Source of the DNA: a virus
UHGV virus genome: UHGV-0136715
Length of the DNA stretch: 36,086 nucleotides
Strand: one strand, 5' to 3'
The first letter of the stretch is position 1, and each line of letters begins with the position of its first letter. A program made the translations under genes and the position numbers. Positions 24,331 to 33,586 of this stretch are shown one piece after another. The notes beneath the pieces were generated by a model that saw only the letters and a list, made by a program, of their open reading frames with translations, was not told where the DNA came from and did not search any database.

Positions 24331-24704
24331 AGCGGCCTCCATCCGTCCATCCTGAGGGCGGTGAGGTAGTCGCACGCCTCGTCCAGGCGGATGTACTCCC
24401 AATGGCCTGCGCAGGCTATCGCGTCATCATCGACCCAGCGGAAGTAGAGCCGGCGATGGTGGGCGAGGCCGTGGCAGTATTCGAGGCCGTCCGCGTCTTG
24501 CAGGTTGTTGCCGAAGCCGCAGAGCGTGATGGTCGGCTTCTCGATCTCGCGCCCCTCCACGAACATCTTGCCGGCGCTTCGGAACACCACATGGTGCTGC
24601 TCAAGCGGCCACGTGCGGCCGCACACCGCGCACCGCGCCATCCTCACGGACGGCTTGCCCATCATCGGCTGGTACATGGCCGGCAGAGTAGTGACCTTAG
24701 CCAT
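24327..24704 (-). CDS. HNH-like / zinc-binding protein
   Basis: CAVCG...QHHVVFRS...TLCG...CHGLAH. Confidence 0.6.
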   Translation of the reverse strand: MAKVTTLPAMYQPMMGKPSVRMARCAVCGRTWPLEQHHVVFRSAGKMFVEGREIEKPTITLCGFGNNLQDADGLEYCHGLAHHRRLYFRWVDDDAIACAGHWEYIRLDEACDYLTALRMDGWRPL

Positions 24705-25446
24705 TTAAGCCACCCCCCCCCGCAGATTTCGCGCGGGCGACGCGCTCATTGGCCAGGGCGCAGTATTCCGGGCTGAGTTCGTACCCGATGAAGTGCCGCC
24801 CCGTCTCGATGGCCGCCACCGCCGTGGTGCCCGACCCCATGAAGGGATCCAGCACTATCGCGCCCTCGTCGGCGATCTCCATGAGCGCCTTGATGAGGTC
24901 CAGCGGCTTCTGGGTGGAGTGGATGCGCCCTTCGCCTGATGGGGCAGCGAACTTGTACGCGCCGGGCAGGTACTTGGCACCGGCCACGGGCGTGCGGTCT
25001 ATTGCCCCCTTGGTCGCCCAGACCGCGTACTCGCACTCGTTGCGGAAGCTGTTGGGCTGAGGCCGCGCGGCGGTCTTGCGCCACGGGATGATGCCACGGA
25101 AGACGAAGCCCGCAGCCTGAATCGCGTCGGTGACGTTGGCCAGCTGCCTCCAATCCGAGAAGACGATGGCGCTGGCACCGTCGGCCATCGCCCTGTAGCA
25201 CTCGCCCATCCAGAGCACCGACCACAGCACGAAGCTGCGCTCGTCGCGGCTGTCCCCGTAGAACTCCGGCTTCTTGGCCGCATCGTTGGTCTGGTACTTC
25301 TCGGACGTTGCGCCCGACCGGTCGCCCCGGAACATGCCGCCGCTGGAATAGGGCGGGTCGGTGAGCAGCATCCCCACCATGCCGTCGGGGATGTCGGAGA
25401 GCGCCGGCAGCATGTCGCGGCACTCGATGATGTCAATCTTGGCCAT
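24697..25446 (-). CDS. N6-adenine/N4-cytosine DNA methyltransferase (beta class)
   Basis: TDPPY precedes HSTQKP and LDPFMGSGTT; ATG at 25446. Confidence 0.9.
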   Translation of the reverse strand: MAKIDIIECRDMLPALSDIPDGMVGMLLTDPPYSSGGMFRGDRSGATSEKYQTNDAAKKPEFYGDSRDERSFVLWSVLWMGECYRAMADGASAIVFSDWRQLANVTDAIQAAGFVFRGIIPWRKTAARPQPNSFRNECEYAVWATKGAIDRTPVAGAKYLPGAYKFAAPSGEGRIHSTQKPLDLIKALMEIADEGAIVLDPFMGSGTTAVAAIETGRHFIGYELSPEYCALANERVARAKSAGGGGLNG

Positions 25447-26206
25447 TGAGCCTCCTATCCGGCCCCTCAAGGGGGACCTGCTTGCATGAGGAGGCGAGGC
25501 GCGACGCAATGGCCACGCCGACCGCCCCCTCGGTGATGTTCTTGGCTATCTCGCTGAGGCGGTAGTTGGACGTGACGATGGTGGGCAGCATGGCCTTGTC
25601 GCGCTTGTCGATGATGGCGAACAGGCGCTCGCAGGCGTAGGCCGTGTTGGAGGCCTCCTTGCCCAGATCGTCCAGGATGAGCACGTCGCAGCCTGCCGCC
25701 CGCTCGAAGAGGGCGCGGTCCTCGTCCTTGCGGCTCCGCATCGCGTCCATGAGGTCGTAGGTGGCCACGGCCATGACCCTGCGCCCCGTCTCGATGAGTT
25801 GCAGCGCCGCAGCCATGGCCAGCGTGGTCTTGTACGTCCCGTTCGGCCCGAAGATGTAGAAGCCCTGCCCTTCGGAGGCCAGGGCGGCCATCTTCGCGGC
25901 GTAAGGGTGCGCGGCATCGCGGTAGCGGAGGGGTATGCCCGCCCTCTCGATGGCGCGCTCTTTCGCCTCGGCCTGCTCCTTGGCGGCCTTGCGGCGCTCG
26001 GCCTCGGCGATTGCCTCCCGCTCTGCCACAGCCCCTGGGCAGCCGCAGTCCTCGTGCCCCCAGAAGGCGGGGATGCCGTTGAACTCGACGGGCGTTCCGT
26101 CTTCGCGGACCACCTTGCGGGGAGGCCTCATCGCGCCGCAGTGCTCGCAGCGGATGGGCTTCTCGGCCTCGAAGGCCCCGCGCCTAGAACTGATCGTAAG
26201 CGGCAT
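25433..26206 (-). CDS. DnaC/IstB-like AAA+ helicase loader
   Basis: GPNGTYKT, LILDDLGKE and PTIVTSN; N-terminal Cys cluster. Confidence 0.88.
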   Translation of the reverse strand: MPLTISSRRGAFEAEKPIRCEHCGAMRPPRKVVREDGTPVEFNGIPAFWGHEDCGCPGAVAEREAIAEAERRKAAKEQAEAKERAIERAGIPLRYRDAAHPYAAKMAALASEGQGFYIFGPNGTYKTTLAMAAALQLIETGRRVMAVATYDLMDAMRSRKDEDRALFERAAGCDVLILDDLGKEASNTAYACERLFAIIDKRDKAMLPTIVTSNYRLSEIAKNITEGAVGVAIASRLASSCKQVPLEGPDRRLNGQD

Positions 26207-26885
26207 ACGCCTCGGCCTCCTTCTCCTCGCCCTTGGCCTCGTGCATGTACTGCTCGAAGTGGTCGGGGCTGAACAGCGTGTTGGGCGTGAGCCGCTTGCT
26301 GAACTTCGTGCCCTGCCACTCGTCGCGCTTGTAGGCGATCATCGAGCGCACCTGCTCGACGGTGTAGCCGCCTGCGCAGCGTTCCAGCATGTGCCGGCAC
26401 TTCTCCGGCATCGTGGTGTACGTGGTTCCGAGGAACTCGTTGAGAGCGCCGAGGCATTGGAGCCAGAACGGCGCATCTTGCAGGCTGCTCAGCATCGGGG
26501 GGATATAGGGGGGTATCTCTACCTCTATCTCAACCTCATCCTCAGCATCCGAGTTGTTCGATGCCTGTGCATATGCCTGCGCATCTGCTTGTGCATATGC
26601 TTGAGCATCGCGCTGTGCATCTGCTTCGGCATCCTGCTTGGCAGGTGCCTGCGCTTGCTTCTTGCCCCATCTGGCCTGCGCCATCTTGCGTCCGCGCTCA
26701 CTAGCCTCGTCACCCATGTCGATGCGCTGCTTGAGGGCGATGAAGGTGGGCAGCCACGGAGGGCTGCCCTTCGGCTCCTCTTTGGTGAAGCGGTAGTTCG
26801 CAAGGGCGTACAGGAACGGGGCGCGCTGCTTCTCAGGCATTGCTTGGCATGCCGCCCAGAAGTCATCGTGTATAACCATTCCCAT
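26184..26885 (-). CDS. Phage replication initiator / replisome organiser
   Basis: DUF6291-like N-terminus, central repeats, C-terminal LTPNTLFSPDHFEQYM; upstream of the DnaC-like gene. Confidence 0.75.
   Translation of the reverse strand: MGMVIHDDFWAACQAMPEKQRAPFLYALANYRFTKEEPKGSPPWLPTFIALKQRIDMGDEASERGRKMAQARWGKKQAQAPAKQDAEADAQRDAQAYAQADAQAYAQASNNSDAEDEVEIEVEIPPYIPPMLSSLQDAPFWLQCLGALNEFLGTTYTTMPEKCRHMLERCAGGYTVEQVRSMIAYKRDEWQGTKFSKRLTPNTLFSPDHFEQYMHEAKGEEKEAEAYAAYDQF
26566..26637. repeat. Six imperfect 12-bp tandem repeats, candidate iterons / replication origin
   Basis: tgtgcatatgcc tgcgcatctgct tgtgcatatgct tgagcatcgcgc tgtgcatctgct tcggcatcctgc inside the initiator gene. Confidence 0.6.
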
Positions 26886-26896
26886 GCCGCGCCTCC

Positions 26897-27904
26897 TTAG
26901 AACGGGATGTCTTCGGGGGCGTAGTCAGGCTCGGCGCATTCCTCATACTCGGCATCCGCCGCATAGCCGTCCTGCTCGGCCTGTTGTGCCGCGAGTTCCT
27001 GGTGGTTGCGGATGTTCACGGCAAGGAAGTCGCTGAGCTTCACGATGTCCTCGGCCGTGTACATGTTGATCGCTTTGGGGCTTCCGTCGGGGTTGAGGAT
27101 GCTGGCAGCCATCCAGCTGGTGATGCCCTCCTCTTTGGTGCCGAGTTCGATGGCCTGCCGCTTCTGATCTGCAACCTGCTGCCAGAGCGCCTTGCGCGGG
27201 TCTTCCTGAGGCTGGGGGGCGGCCTGTTCCTCGACCACGTCTTCAACGATGTACTCCACGGCCTCCTCTTCCTGAGGCTGGGGGGCGGCCTGTTCTTGCT
27301 GCCGCGCCTGGTCCATTTCCTCAGCGCCGTAGAGGCCGCCGAGGTCTTCGGGGAACGCCTCGCGTAGGGCATGGCAGAGCGCCACCTTGCGAATCATGGT
27401 CGCGGGCATCTTGCTCCAGCCGTTCTTGCCGTAGCGGTCGGGCGCGGCGTACTCGGAGAGGGCAACCTCCTCGAAGATGGGGCAGGCGTACCCGTCCAGG
27501 TACACCTTCGCCCAGCCGCCTATCAGTTCCTCGCCTTCCAGCAGCATGGAACCCTCGCGGCGCTCGATGGTCTTCCTTATGCCGCCGTTTTCCTTGACCC
27601 TGCGTATGAAGGTGATGCCGGCCTCGTGGCCCCTGTACTTCTTGTTGCGCGTCGCGCGCTTGACAAACGCATCCTTGCCGGCGATGACCGACGCGGGCTG
27701 GTTGCCGTACTTGACGATGTAGGCATCGCGGGTGAACGGGTTGAGGCGCTGGGACTGGCAGAGCCGCAGGAACATCTTGACCTCCTGGGATGTGACGTTC
27801 TCCATGGCGTTGCCGTTGGCTGCCATGAGGTCGCGCACGTCCTGCTCGGTAACGCGGATGTCCTGGCCGTTGTCGGCCTTGTACTCCACGATCTCGCTAC
27901 TCAT
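26897..27904 (-). CDS. recT: RecT/Bet single-strand annealing protein
   Basis: FLRLCQSQRLNPFTRDAYIVKYG and WSKMPATMIRKVALCHALREAFPEDLGGLY; acidic EDIPF tail. Confidence 0.9.
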   Translation of the reverse strand: MSSEIVEYKADNGQDIRVTEQDVRDLMAANGNAMENVTSQEVKMFLRLCQSQRLNPFTRDAYIVKYGNQPASVIAGKDAFVKRATRNKKYRGHEAGITFIRRVKENGGIRKTIERREGSMLLEGEELIGGWAKVYLDGYACPIFEEVALSEYAAPDRYGKNGWSKMPATMIRKVALCHALREAFPEDLGGLYGAEEMDQARQQEQAAPQPQEEEAVEYIVEDVVEEQAAPQPQEDPRKALWQQVADQKRQAIELGTKEEGITSWMAASILNPDGSPKAINMYTAEDIVKLSDFLAVNIRNHQELAAQQAEQDGYAADAEYEECAEPDYAPEDIPF

Positions 27905-28814
27905 TGGTGACCACCCCCGCGAACTTGATGGAGGCGCCCGTGATGCCCATTCCCTTCAATGTCGCGGCAACCTGCTGAGCGAACGCCTCGGTGCCCTGGA
28001 ACTCCATGGCCAAAGACCAGCGGCAGACCGGCGGAGCGGCCGCTGTGGGCTGATCTGGGACGGGTTCAGGCTCCGGTGCGGGTTCGGGTGCCGTGCGCTC
28101 GGCCTTGACGGCCTCAGCGGCTTCCTGGGCCGCCTTGAACTCGGCCATCTGGCGGTCGCGCTCGTTAAGCTGGTCTTCCAACTCAAGCGCGCCGATGAGG
28201 TCCAGGGTGTCGGCGTAGTGCTTGACCACCTCGTCCTTGTGGGCGAGTTCCTTGGTCTGCAGCGTGTTGTAGCCCTTGAGCGCCTTCTCGACCTTCTCGT
28301 AGAGTTCATTGACGGCCTTGACCTCGTTGGTGGAGCGGTTCAGCCACTTGTCCTCCAAGATGGCGGCGAAGGGGATAACGTCTGCGATGGGGCCTGCGCA
28401 TCCTGCGTACTCCTCGGACAGTGTTTCCCGACGCTGTGCCTTGAAGTTGGCATCGGCCTCGTCAACCTGCTCCTTGATGTTTGCGCGTGCGCTGTCGATC
28501 TTTGCGGTGATGGCCTTGACCCTCGCCTCGAACTCCTTGAGCGGAGCCTCGTAGATTTTCTTGACGCGCTTGCGCTCCGCCTCGATGGGCGCTTTCAGCT
28601 TGTTGAGGTCGGCCATGCAGGTGCGCCCCATCTTGATGGTCTCGTAGTCGTTGGGGTCAAGCTGCGCGCCGATGTACGGCTCGATCTGCTGGTCCACGTA
28701 GGCATCCAGCGCGGCGAGGTTGTCGGAGAGCACGGCGGGGGTGTAGGTCACCTCAAGCGCGTCGGTCGGCTCGATCACCTCGGCCGTCACCTCGATGGTT
28801 CCTTCTTCTGTCAT
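27897..28814 (-). CDS. DUF1351-like coiled-coil phage protein
   Basis: ADLNKLKAPIEAERKRVKKIYEAPLKEFE...KWLNRS pattern; adjacent to RecT. Confidence 0.7.
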   Translation of the reverse strand: MTEEGTIEVTAEVIEPTDALEVTYTPAVLSDNLAALDAYVDQQIEPYIGAQLDPNDYETIKMGRTCMADLNKLKAPIEAERKRVKKIYEAPLKEFEARVKAITAKIDSARANIKEQVDEADANFKAQRRETLSEEYAGCAGPIADVIPFAAILEDKWLNRSTNEVKAVNELYEKVEKALKGYNTLQTKELAHKDEVVKHYADTLDLIGALELEDQLNERDRQMAEFKAAQEAAEAVKAERTAPEPAPEPEPVPDQPTAAAPPVCRWSLAMEFQGTEAFAQQVAATLKGMGITGASIKFAGVVTNE

Positions 28815-30046
28815 TTGGTTGCCTCCATGCAGTCGGTTGCTTTCTGGTAGATGGCCTGCTCGTCCTCGTCAGGCTCGTAGCCGTCGGCCTCCATCGCGTC
28901 CATGAGGGCGATGTACCGCTCGCACGCCTTTGGGCGCGGCTTGCCGGTGCCGTCGAGGATTCCGCAGCCCGGCGCGTCGTTCATGTTCTCGAACAGCAGG
29001 ACGATCTCCGAGTGCCCGACGTTCAGGCGCTTGGTGCCGGTCGCTTCGAGAAATGCCTTGACCAGCGGGGCGTGGCGGTTGTCGCTCTCGGCCACGAGGC
29101 GGGAGAGGTTCGGCAGGAGGCTCTGGGCGGCCAGCTGCTCGGCGAGCCACGCGCGGCGGTTGCCCGTGCCCTCGGCGTAGAGTTCGGCCATGGCCTCGGC
29201 CTCTGCGCGGGCGCTGTCTTCCTCCACCTGCTCAGGCGCGGGCGGCTCCTCCTCAGGGGCAGGGGCCAAGATCATGAAGAAGCCGGGGATGCTGTGGCGC
29301 ATGGCCACGCAGCCATCGGGCAGGTCTTCGGGAAGCTGGGCGATCTTGTTGAGGTTGCACACCATGGCCATGCCCTGCGCGTCATCCACGACGGCGATGC
29401 CGCGCGCCGCCAGTTCCGCTGCGAGGTCCGTGGCCGCGCTCTCCTTCTTGCGGCGAGCCTCGAAACGCTTGGCCACCGTCTGGTACTCGCGCTCCGAGCA
29501 GTTGGTGAGCGCCTTCACGGCCTCAGGGTCATCGGCGAACTCGCCGATCGCGATGAGGCGCATGAGGCTCATATCGTCGGCGGCATCCTCCACGACCTTG
29601 GCCGCGCGGCGCACCTTGGCGGCCTTCTCGACGGTGAGGCCCGACACCTCCGCCACGTACTCATCGGTGCCGAACATGGCCAGCTGGCGGACGAAGCGGC
29701 TCTCCTCCACGGCCTCGTACTTCTTCTTGGTGTTCGTGCGCACCACGGTCTCGATGACGGCCTGCAGGGTGCTCTCGTCTTCCACAATGGCGGGGAAGGT
29801 CTTGGTGCCCAGCTCCTTCATGGCCATGATGCGGCTGTTGCCGGCCTTGATGCGGTAGATGCCGCCATCGCGCACGAGGGTGACCATTTCGTCGGGGATG
29901 CCCTTGGAGCGCATCGAGCGGGCGAGTTCCTGGACGTAGGCCTGGTTCTCTTTCAGCGTGTAGTCGCGGCGCGCCAGATCGTTGCCGAACTCATCGACCA
30001 GCGGGTACACGTCCTCGATGCTGACGGTTTCGATTACGGCGCTCAT
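28811..30046 (-). CDS. ParB N-terminal-like domain protein
   Basis: ELARSMRSKGI...YRIKAGNSRIMAMKELG pattern followed by an HTH-like segment. Confidence 0.65.
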   Translation of the reverse strand: MSAVIETVSIEDVYPLVDEFGNDLARRDYTLKENQAYVQELARSMRSKGIPDEMVTLVRDGGIYRIKAGNSRIMAMKELGTKTFPAIVEDESTLQAVIETVVRTNTKKKYEAVEESRFVRQLAMFGTDEYVAEVSGLTVEKAAKVRRAAKVVEDAADDMSLMRLIAIGEFADDPEAVKALTNCSEREYQTVAKRFEARRKKESAATDLAAELAARGIAVVDDAQGMAMVCNLNKIAQLPEDLPDGCVAMRHSIPGFFMILAPAPEEEPPAPEQVEEDSARAEAEAMAELYAEGTGNRRAWLAEQLAAQSLLPNLSRLVAESDNRHAPLVKAFLEATGTKRLNVGHSEIVLLFENMNDAPGCGILDGTGKPRPKACERYIALMDAMEADGYEPDEDEQAIYQKATDCMEATK

Positions 30047-30369
30047 TAGCGGTCACCCCGCACGATGAAGGCATCCACTACCTCCACGCCGTTGGCCTTG
30101 AGGAGTTCGATGACTTCGCGGGCCGCGCTCATCACCTCGGCGGGAGGCTCTGCCTCCAAGGCGAGGAGGCCGTTGTCCAGGTACTTGGGGAACTCGGCTC
30201 CGTGCATGTCGCTGCCTTCGGGGCAGGTGAGGTACGAGAGAACGCACGCGGCACCCTCGATGAACTCAGGCTCAAGGTCGTAGTCCTCAAGCGTCCCCAC
30301 GATCTCGTCGGCGAACTCGCGGGGGATGTAGCGCCCCGCACGGTTGCGCTTCATCTTCTCAAGTTTCAT
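30046..30369 (-). CDS. Hypothetical protein
   Basis: ATG at 30369 with AGGAG RBS; TAATG overlap with the next gene. Confidence 0.65.
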   Translation of the reverse strand: MKLEKMKRNRAGRYIPREFADEIVGTLEDYDLEPEFIEGAACVLSYLTCPEGSDMHGAEFPKYLDNGLLALEAEPPAEVMSAAREVIELLKANGVEVVDAFIVRGDR

Positions 30370-30403
30370 TTTATTGCTCCTAACTGGCAAAATGCCAAAA
30401 GTG

Positions 30404-30949
30404 TCATTGATTTACTTTTTTACTGATGCGCTCTTTGCGCTTCTGCGCCGCTTTGATCTCGCGGCGAAGGTTCCCTGCTAGGCACTCCTCGCAGGCAAGG
30501 GCATGGGCCTCCTCGGCCTTCGCCCTCTCGTAGTAGGAAAGCCCCTCGGTGTTGGGCGCCTTCGGCATCGGGTCGCGGCGCGATTCGGTCTCCGCCTCCG
30601 TCTTCTCGTAGGTGTCCCGCTCGTCAAGGGGGAGGCGCGGCAGCAGTTCCGCGATCCCTGCATGGATGTTGGCCAGCTGCTCGCGCCTGCGGCACGGCTC
30701 GCAGATGCCGTCGCGGCCCAGGTGGCCTGAGAGGCATCCGCACGATGGGCACGGCTCAAGCCTTGGGCGGTAGTGCCGGAGGCTCACGGGAATGCCCTGC
30801 ATCCTCAGCGCCTTGGCCTTCTGCTTGACCGATTCGCTCGATCTTCTGAGGTGCTGGCATATCTCCCGCCTGGGGATGCGGCCGGCGTTCTCGATCAGGT
30901 ACCGCTCATCGGCGACCTTCCAGTCGTTGCGCCTTCCGCCCTTACGCAC
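30404..30949 (-). CDS. Putative DNA-binding regulator (Myb/HTH-like N-terminus plus CxxC...CxxC)
   Basis: WKVADERYLIEN...ICQHLRRSSESVKQKA, then CPSC and CEPC. Confidence 0.6.
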   Translation of the reverse strand: MRKGGRRNDWKVADERYLIENAGRIPRREICQHLRRSSESVKQKAKALRMQGIPVSLRHYRPRLEPCPSCGCLSGHLGRDGICEPCRRREQLANIHAGIAELLPRLPLDERDTYEKTEAETESRRDPMPKAPNTEGLSYYERAKAEEAHALACEECLAGNLRREIKAAQKRKERISKKVNQ

Positions 30950-31445
30950 CCGGCACCTCGCAATAGGTCACCTCGATCTCAAGCCAGTCGAAGTCCCCGA
31001 CGCGCGGGGCCTTGAGCGGGATACTCGTCACGATCTGGCTGTCATCCTTGTAGGCGATGCCGTTGAGGGCATCCTCCACCAGCTTCACGATGTTGGAGGC
31101 GTCGGGCTTCATGGTGTCCTGCTCGCCCCTGCGGCGCTTCGGCCATGAGACCGGCACGTGGCGGTGGCTCACCACCGTCATCACCACGGGGCCGTCGAAG
31201 CCTGAGCGGATGAGGCCGCGAGCCGCCTTGTAGCGGTCGGCGATGCAGTCCATTGCCTTCTGGTGCTTCCGGGCGTTGTGGATGCGGGGTCGGCCGCCTC
31301 TGGTGTCCACGCGGGGGCGCATCCACGCAACCACCTCAGGGAGGTCGGCGCAGTCGCACTTGATGCGGGTGCACACCGTCTCGATCTCCTCAAGGCCGAG
31401 GTAGGCGAGGATGGGCTTGCGGGCTTGCGCCAGGTAGGGGTTCAT
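30942..31445 (-). CDS. rusA: RusA-family Holliday junction resolvase
   Basis: KPDASNIVKLVEDALNGIAYKDDSQIV. Confidence 0.88.
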   Translation of the reverse strand: MNPYLAQARKPILAYLGLEEIETVCTRIKCDCADLPEVVAWMRPRVDTRGGRPRIHNARKHQKAMDCIADRYKAARGLIRSGFDGPVVMTVVSHRHVPVSWPKRRRGEQDTMKPDASNIVKLVEDALNGIAYKDDSQIVTSIPLKAPRVGDFDWLEIEVTYCEVPGA

Positions 31446-31879
31446 GCCGCCTCCCCTCGGTACAGGCCCACCGCGTCCTGCCAGCACTTGACCGGGAAGA
31501 ACGTGTTGCGGGCGACGTTGTCGTGCCAGACGTTCTCGAAGTCGATGCCGTGGCGGTCGATTTCCGCAGAGTTCGGGAAGATGACCGTGGCCAGTTCCGG
31601 CCTGAACATGAGCAGGTAGCGGCTGAGCACCGACCAGAGGTTGTTGTCGAAGCGGAACTCCATGCACTCGGTGATGGCCATGCCCTGCTGCTGGGCGAGG
31701 ATGAACAGGTCGCCGCGCCGGATGCGGGGCAGCCCGTCGGCCTTGGCCTGCTCGCAGAGGTTCACGAGCCTGAGCCACTTGCGGGGGTAGTCATCGGCTA
31801 TCCAGCAGCAGGCCTCCTCGACGCGCATGAGGGGGGTGCGCTGCACCCCGTCGTACAGCTGCTTGCAGACCTCAGCCAT
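31442..31879 (-). CDS. Hypothetical protein
   Basis: GAGGT RBS, coupled overlaps at both ends, typical codon usage. Confidence 0.7.
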   Translation of the reverse strand: MAEVCKQLYDGVQRTPLMRVEEACCWIADDYPRKWLRLVNLCEQAKADGLPRIRRGDLFILAQQQGMAITECMEFRFDNNLWSVLSRYLLMFRPELATVIFPNSAEIDRHGIDFENVWHDNVARNTFFPVKCWQDAVGLYRGEAA

Positions 31880-32045
31880 GGCGCACCTCCGTGAAGAAGT
31901 GCTCGGCGGCCCCGTAGCCGACCTGGTAGGCGCATCCGTAGCCCCAGAGAACCGAGGCGACGCAGAACGCCGTGACGATCACGAGGAGAACGTCCGCGAT
32001 GCGGTAAGATTTGCGGTGAGCCGCTTTCCTGCGAGTTGGCGGCAT
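31872..32045 (-). CDS. Small membrane protein (start uncertain)
   Basis: Basic N-terminus plus hydrophobic helix VLLVIVTAFCVASVLWGYG. Confidence 0.45.
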   Translation of the reverse strand: MPPTRRKAAHRKSYRIADVLLVIVTAFCVASVLWGYGCAYQVGYGAAEHFFTEVRHG

Positions 32046-32197
32046 CCGGAAGGGGCGGCAGGCATCAAGTCCGTGGCGGGGTTGTTCCTTCGCTCCTTCC
32101 ATTCCCTGAATCGGCGCTCGTTTTCGGGGTTCTCGTAGAACCTGCCCATGTGCTGCATCAGCACGCTGCACATGGACCGCTGCGCCGGTGTCATCAC
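31979..32197 (-). CDS. Small hypothetical protein
   Basis: GTGA overlap with the upstream stop; FYENPENERRFREWK helix. Confidence 0.55.
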   Translation of the reverse strand: MMTPAQRSMCSVLMQHMGRFYENPENERRFREWKERRNNPATDLMPAAPSGCRQLAGKRLTANLTASRTFSS

Positions 32198-32502
32198 GCC
32201 GCCTCATCTTGGATGTCCTCGTACTCGTAGGCGGCAGGCGGCAGCTGGTAGGAGCCGTCCTCATCCTCGTCATCGTCGGCGAAGGCCTCCTCCTGGCCGT
32301 CGATCACCTCGCCGCTGCCCGTGTCCACGAACATGACGGTCTGGTCGCTGGTGAGCTCAATGGTGACGAAGGTGCCGGTCATGGTGGCCAGCTGCGGCAG
32401 GGCGCCCTTGTGCTCGGGGTCCAACTCGAACTGCATGACGGTCTTGCCGCTCTTGATGTTGCAGCCTGTGAAGCAGGCGCGCACTTTGACGATGTTCTCC
32501 AT
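32194..32502 (-). CDS. Hypothetical protein, acidic C-terminus
   Basis: GGAGG RBS, operon continuity. Confidence 0.7.
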   Translation of the reverse strand: MENIVKVRACFTGCNIKSGKTVMQFELDPEHKGALPQLATMTGTFVTIELTSDQTVMFVDTGSGEVIDGQEEAFADDDEDEDGSYQLPPAAYEYEDIQDEAA

Positions 32503-32504
32503 GG

Positions 32505-32717
32505 TTAGCCCTCCTCGGCCATGACGATGACGGATCCGAACTCGGCCTTGAGGTAGTAGCCGTTGTCGGTGATGGCATCCAGCACGTAGCTGGGCGCGTT
32601 CGTGATGCTCAGGCGGTTCTCGCCCGTGAGGCTTCCGATGGTGAGGCTCACCATGTCCCCCTCTTGGCGGCTCTCGCAGATGAGGCCGACCACTTCCTTG
32701 ATGGCGTTTTCGTTCAT
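32505..32717 (-). CDS. Hypothetical protein
   Basis: GAGGAGG RBS, operon continuity. Confidence 0.7.
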   Translation of the reverse strand: MNENAIKEVVGLICESRQEGDMVSLTIGSLTGENRLSITNAPSYVLDAITDNGYYLKAEFGSVIVMAEEG

Positions 32718-32729
32718 GTTGGTCCTCCT

Positions 32730-32927
32730 CTACAGGCCCTTGATTTCCTCGATCAGCTTGGTGCCGAGGTTCGCGGCGTTCTCCTTGGCCTCTGCCTCCA
32801 AGATGGCGGCGTATGCGGTGCCGAGTTCGGCCACGGCATACATGCCTTCGGGGTTGTTCGCGGCCTTCTCGATCGTGTTGGCCACCGCTTCCTTGACGCG
32901 GTACGTGAGGGACTTGGTCTCTTCCAT
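32730..32927 (-). CDS. Hypothetical protein (65 aa)
   Basis: ATG at 32927 with AAGGA RBS. Confidence 0.6.
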   Translation of the reverse strand: MEETKSLTYRVKEAVANTIEKAANNPEGMYAVAELGTAYAAILEAEAKENAANLGTKLIEEIKGL

Positions 32928-32946
32928 GTCTTTCCTTTCTTGGTTG

Positions 32947-33168
32947 CTAGCTTGCTGCTTTCTGCTCGCGCAGATCGTCCAACGATTTGCCGAACACTTC
33001 GGCGATGGCGCAGGCCTGCGGGAAGCTGATGCCCCGCTGCCCGTAAATCCACGCCTTGAGGGTGCCGACGGGCACGCCGATGCGCTCGGCAAGTTCGTCA
33101 TACGTGATGCCCGAATCGACGCACCAGGCTCGCACGCGGCGGCCGTTGAACGTGAACTGGTCGGCCAT
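32947..33168 (-). CDS. Cro-like XRE HTH regulator
   Basis: GITYDELAERIGVPVGTLKAWIYG...IAEVFGKSLDDL. Confidence 0.85.
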   Translation of the reverse strand: MADQFTFNGRRVRAWCVDSGITYDELAERIGVPVGTLKAWIYGQRGISFPQACAIAEVFGKSLDDLREQKAAS

Positions 33169-33326
33169 ATGGTTCCTCCTTCCTGTTGCTCGCAGTGACC
33201 TGGGGGATGCAATGCCGTGGCGGGGATTGCATCTGCCAACTCAATGGGGAGGGGTGCCCCGCCTTGTTAACGTCGTGACGGGTAACCTGACGGATGAGTT
33301 TTTGGGGTCTGCTCAAGACCCGCTGC

Positions 33327-33575
33327 CTAGCGGCTGAGGATGACGCGCGCGAGGTCTTCGTGGATGCGCTCATCGGAGACGCCGAACAGGTGGGCGATGA
33401 GTTCCTGCTGGGCGCATGCGCACTGCGCGGCGGGTATGACCTCCATCTGCTGGTGCTTCTCGCACAGCGTGCGGTCACCCTTGAAGGACTTGTTGGCCTC
33501 GACGGCGCTGAGGAAACGCTCCTCGGCATCTGCGGCGAACTTGATGGCCTCGCGGTACAGCTGCTCGTTCTTCAT
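33327..33575 (-). CDS. Hypothetical early protein (82 aa)
   Basis: ATG at 33575 with GAGGGG RBS. Confidence 0.65.
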   Translation of the reverse strand: MKNEQLYREAIKFAADAEERFLSAVEANKSFKGDRTLCEKHQQMEVIPAAQCACAQQELIAHLFGVSDERIHEDLARVILSR

Positions 33576-33586
33576 GGCTGTCCCCT

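Noticed and set aside
27201..27295. 29-bp direct repeat in recT and tandem repeats in the scaffold gene as CRISPR-like arrays
   Set aside because: In-frame coding duplications in flexible linkers, few copies, no cas genes.
33285..33321. Hammerhead ribozyme in the early intergenic region
   Set aside because: CTGACGGATGAG does not match the CUGANGA core and no properly placed GAAA follows.
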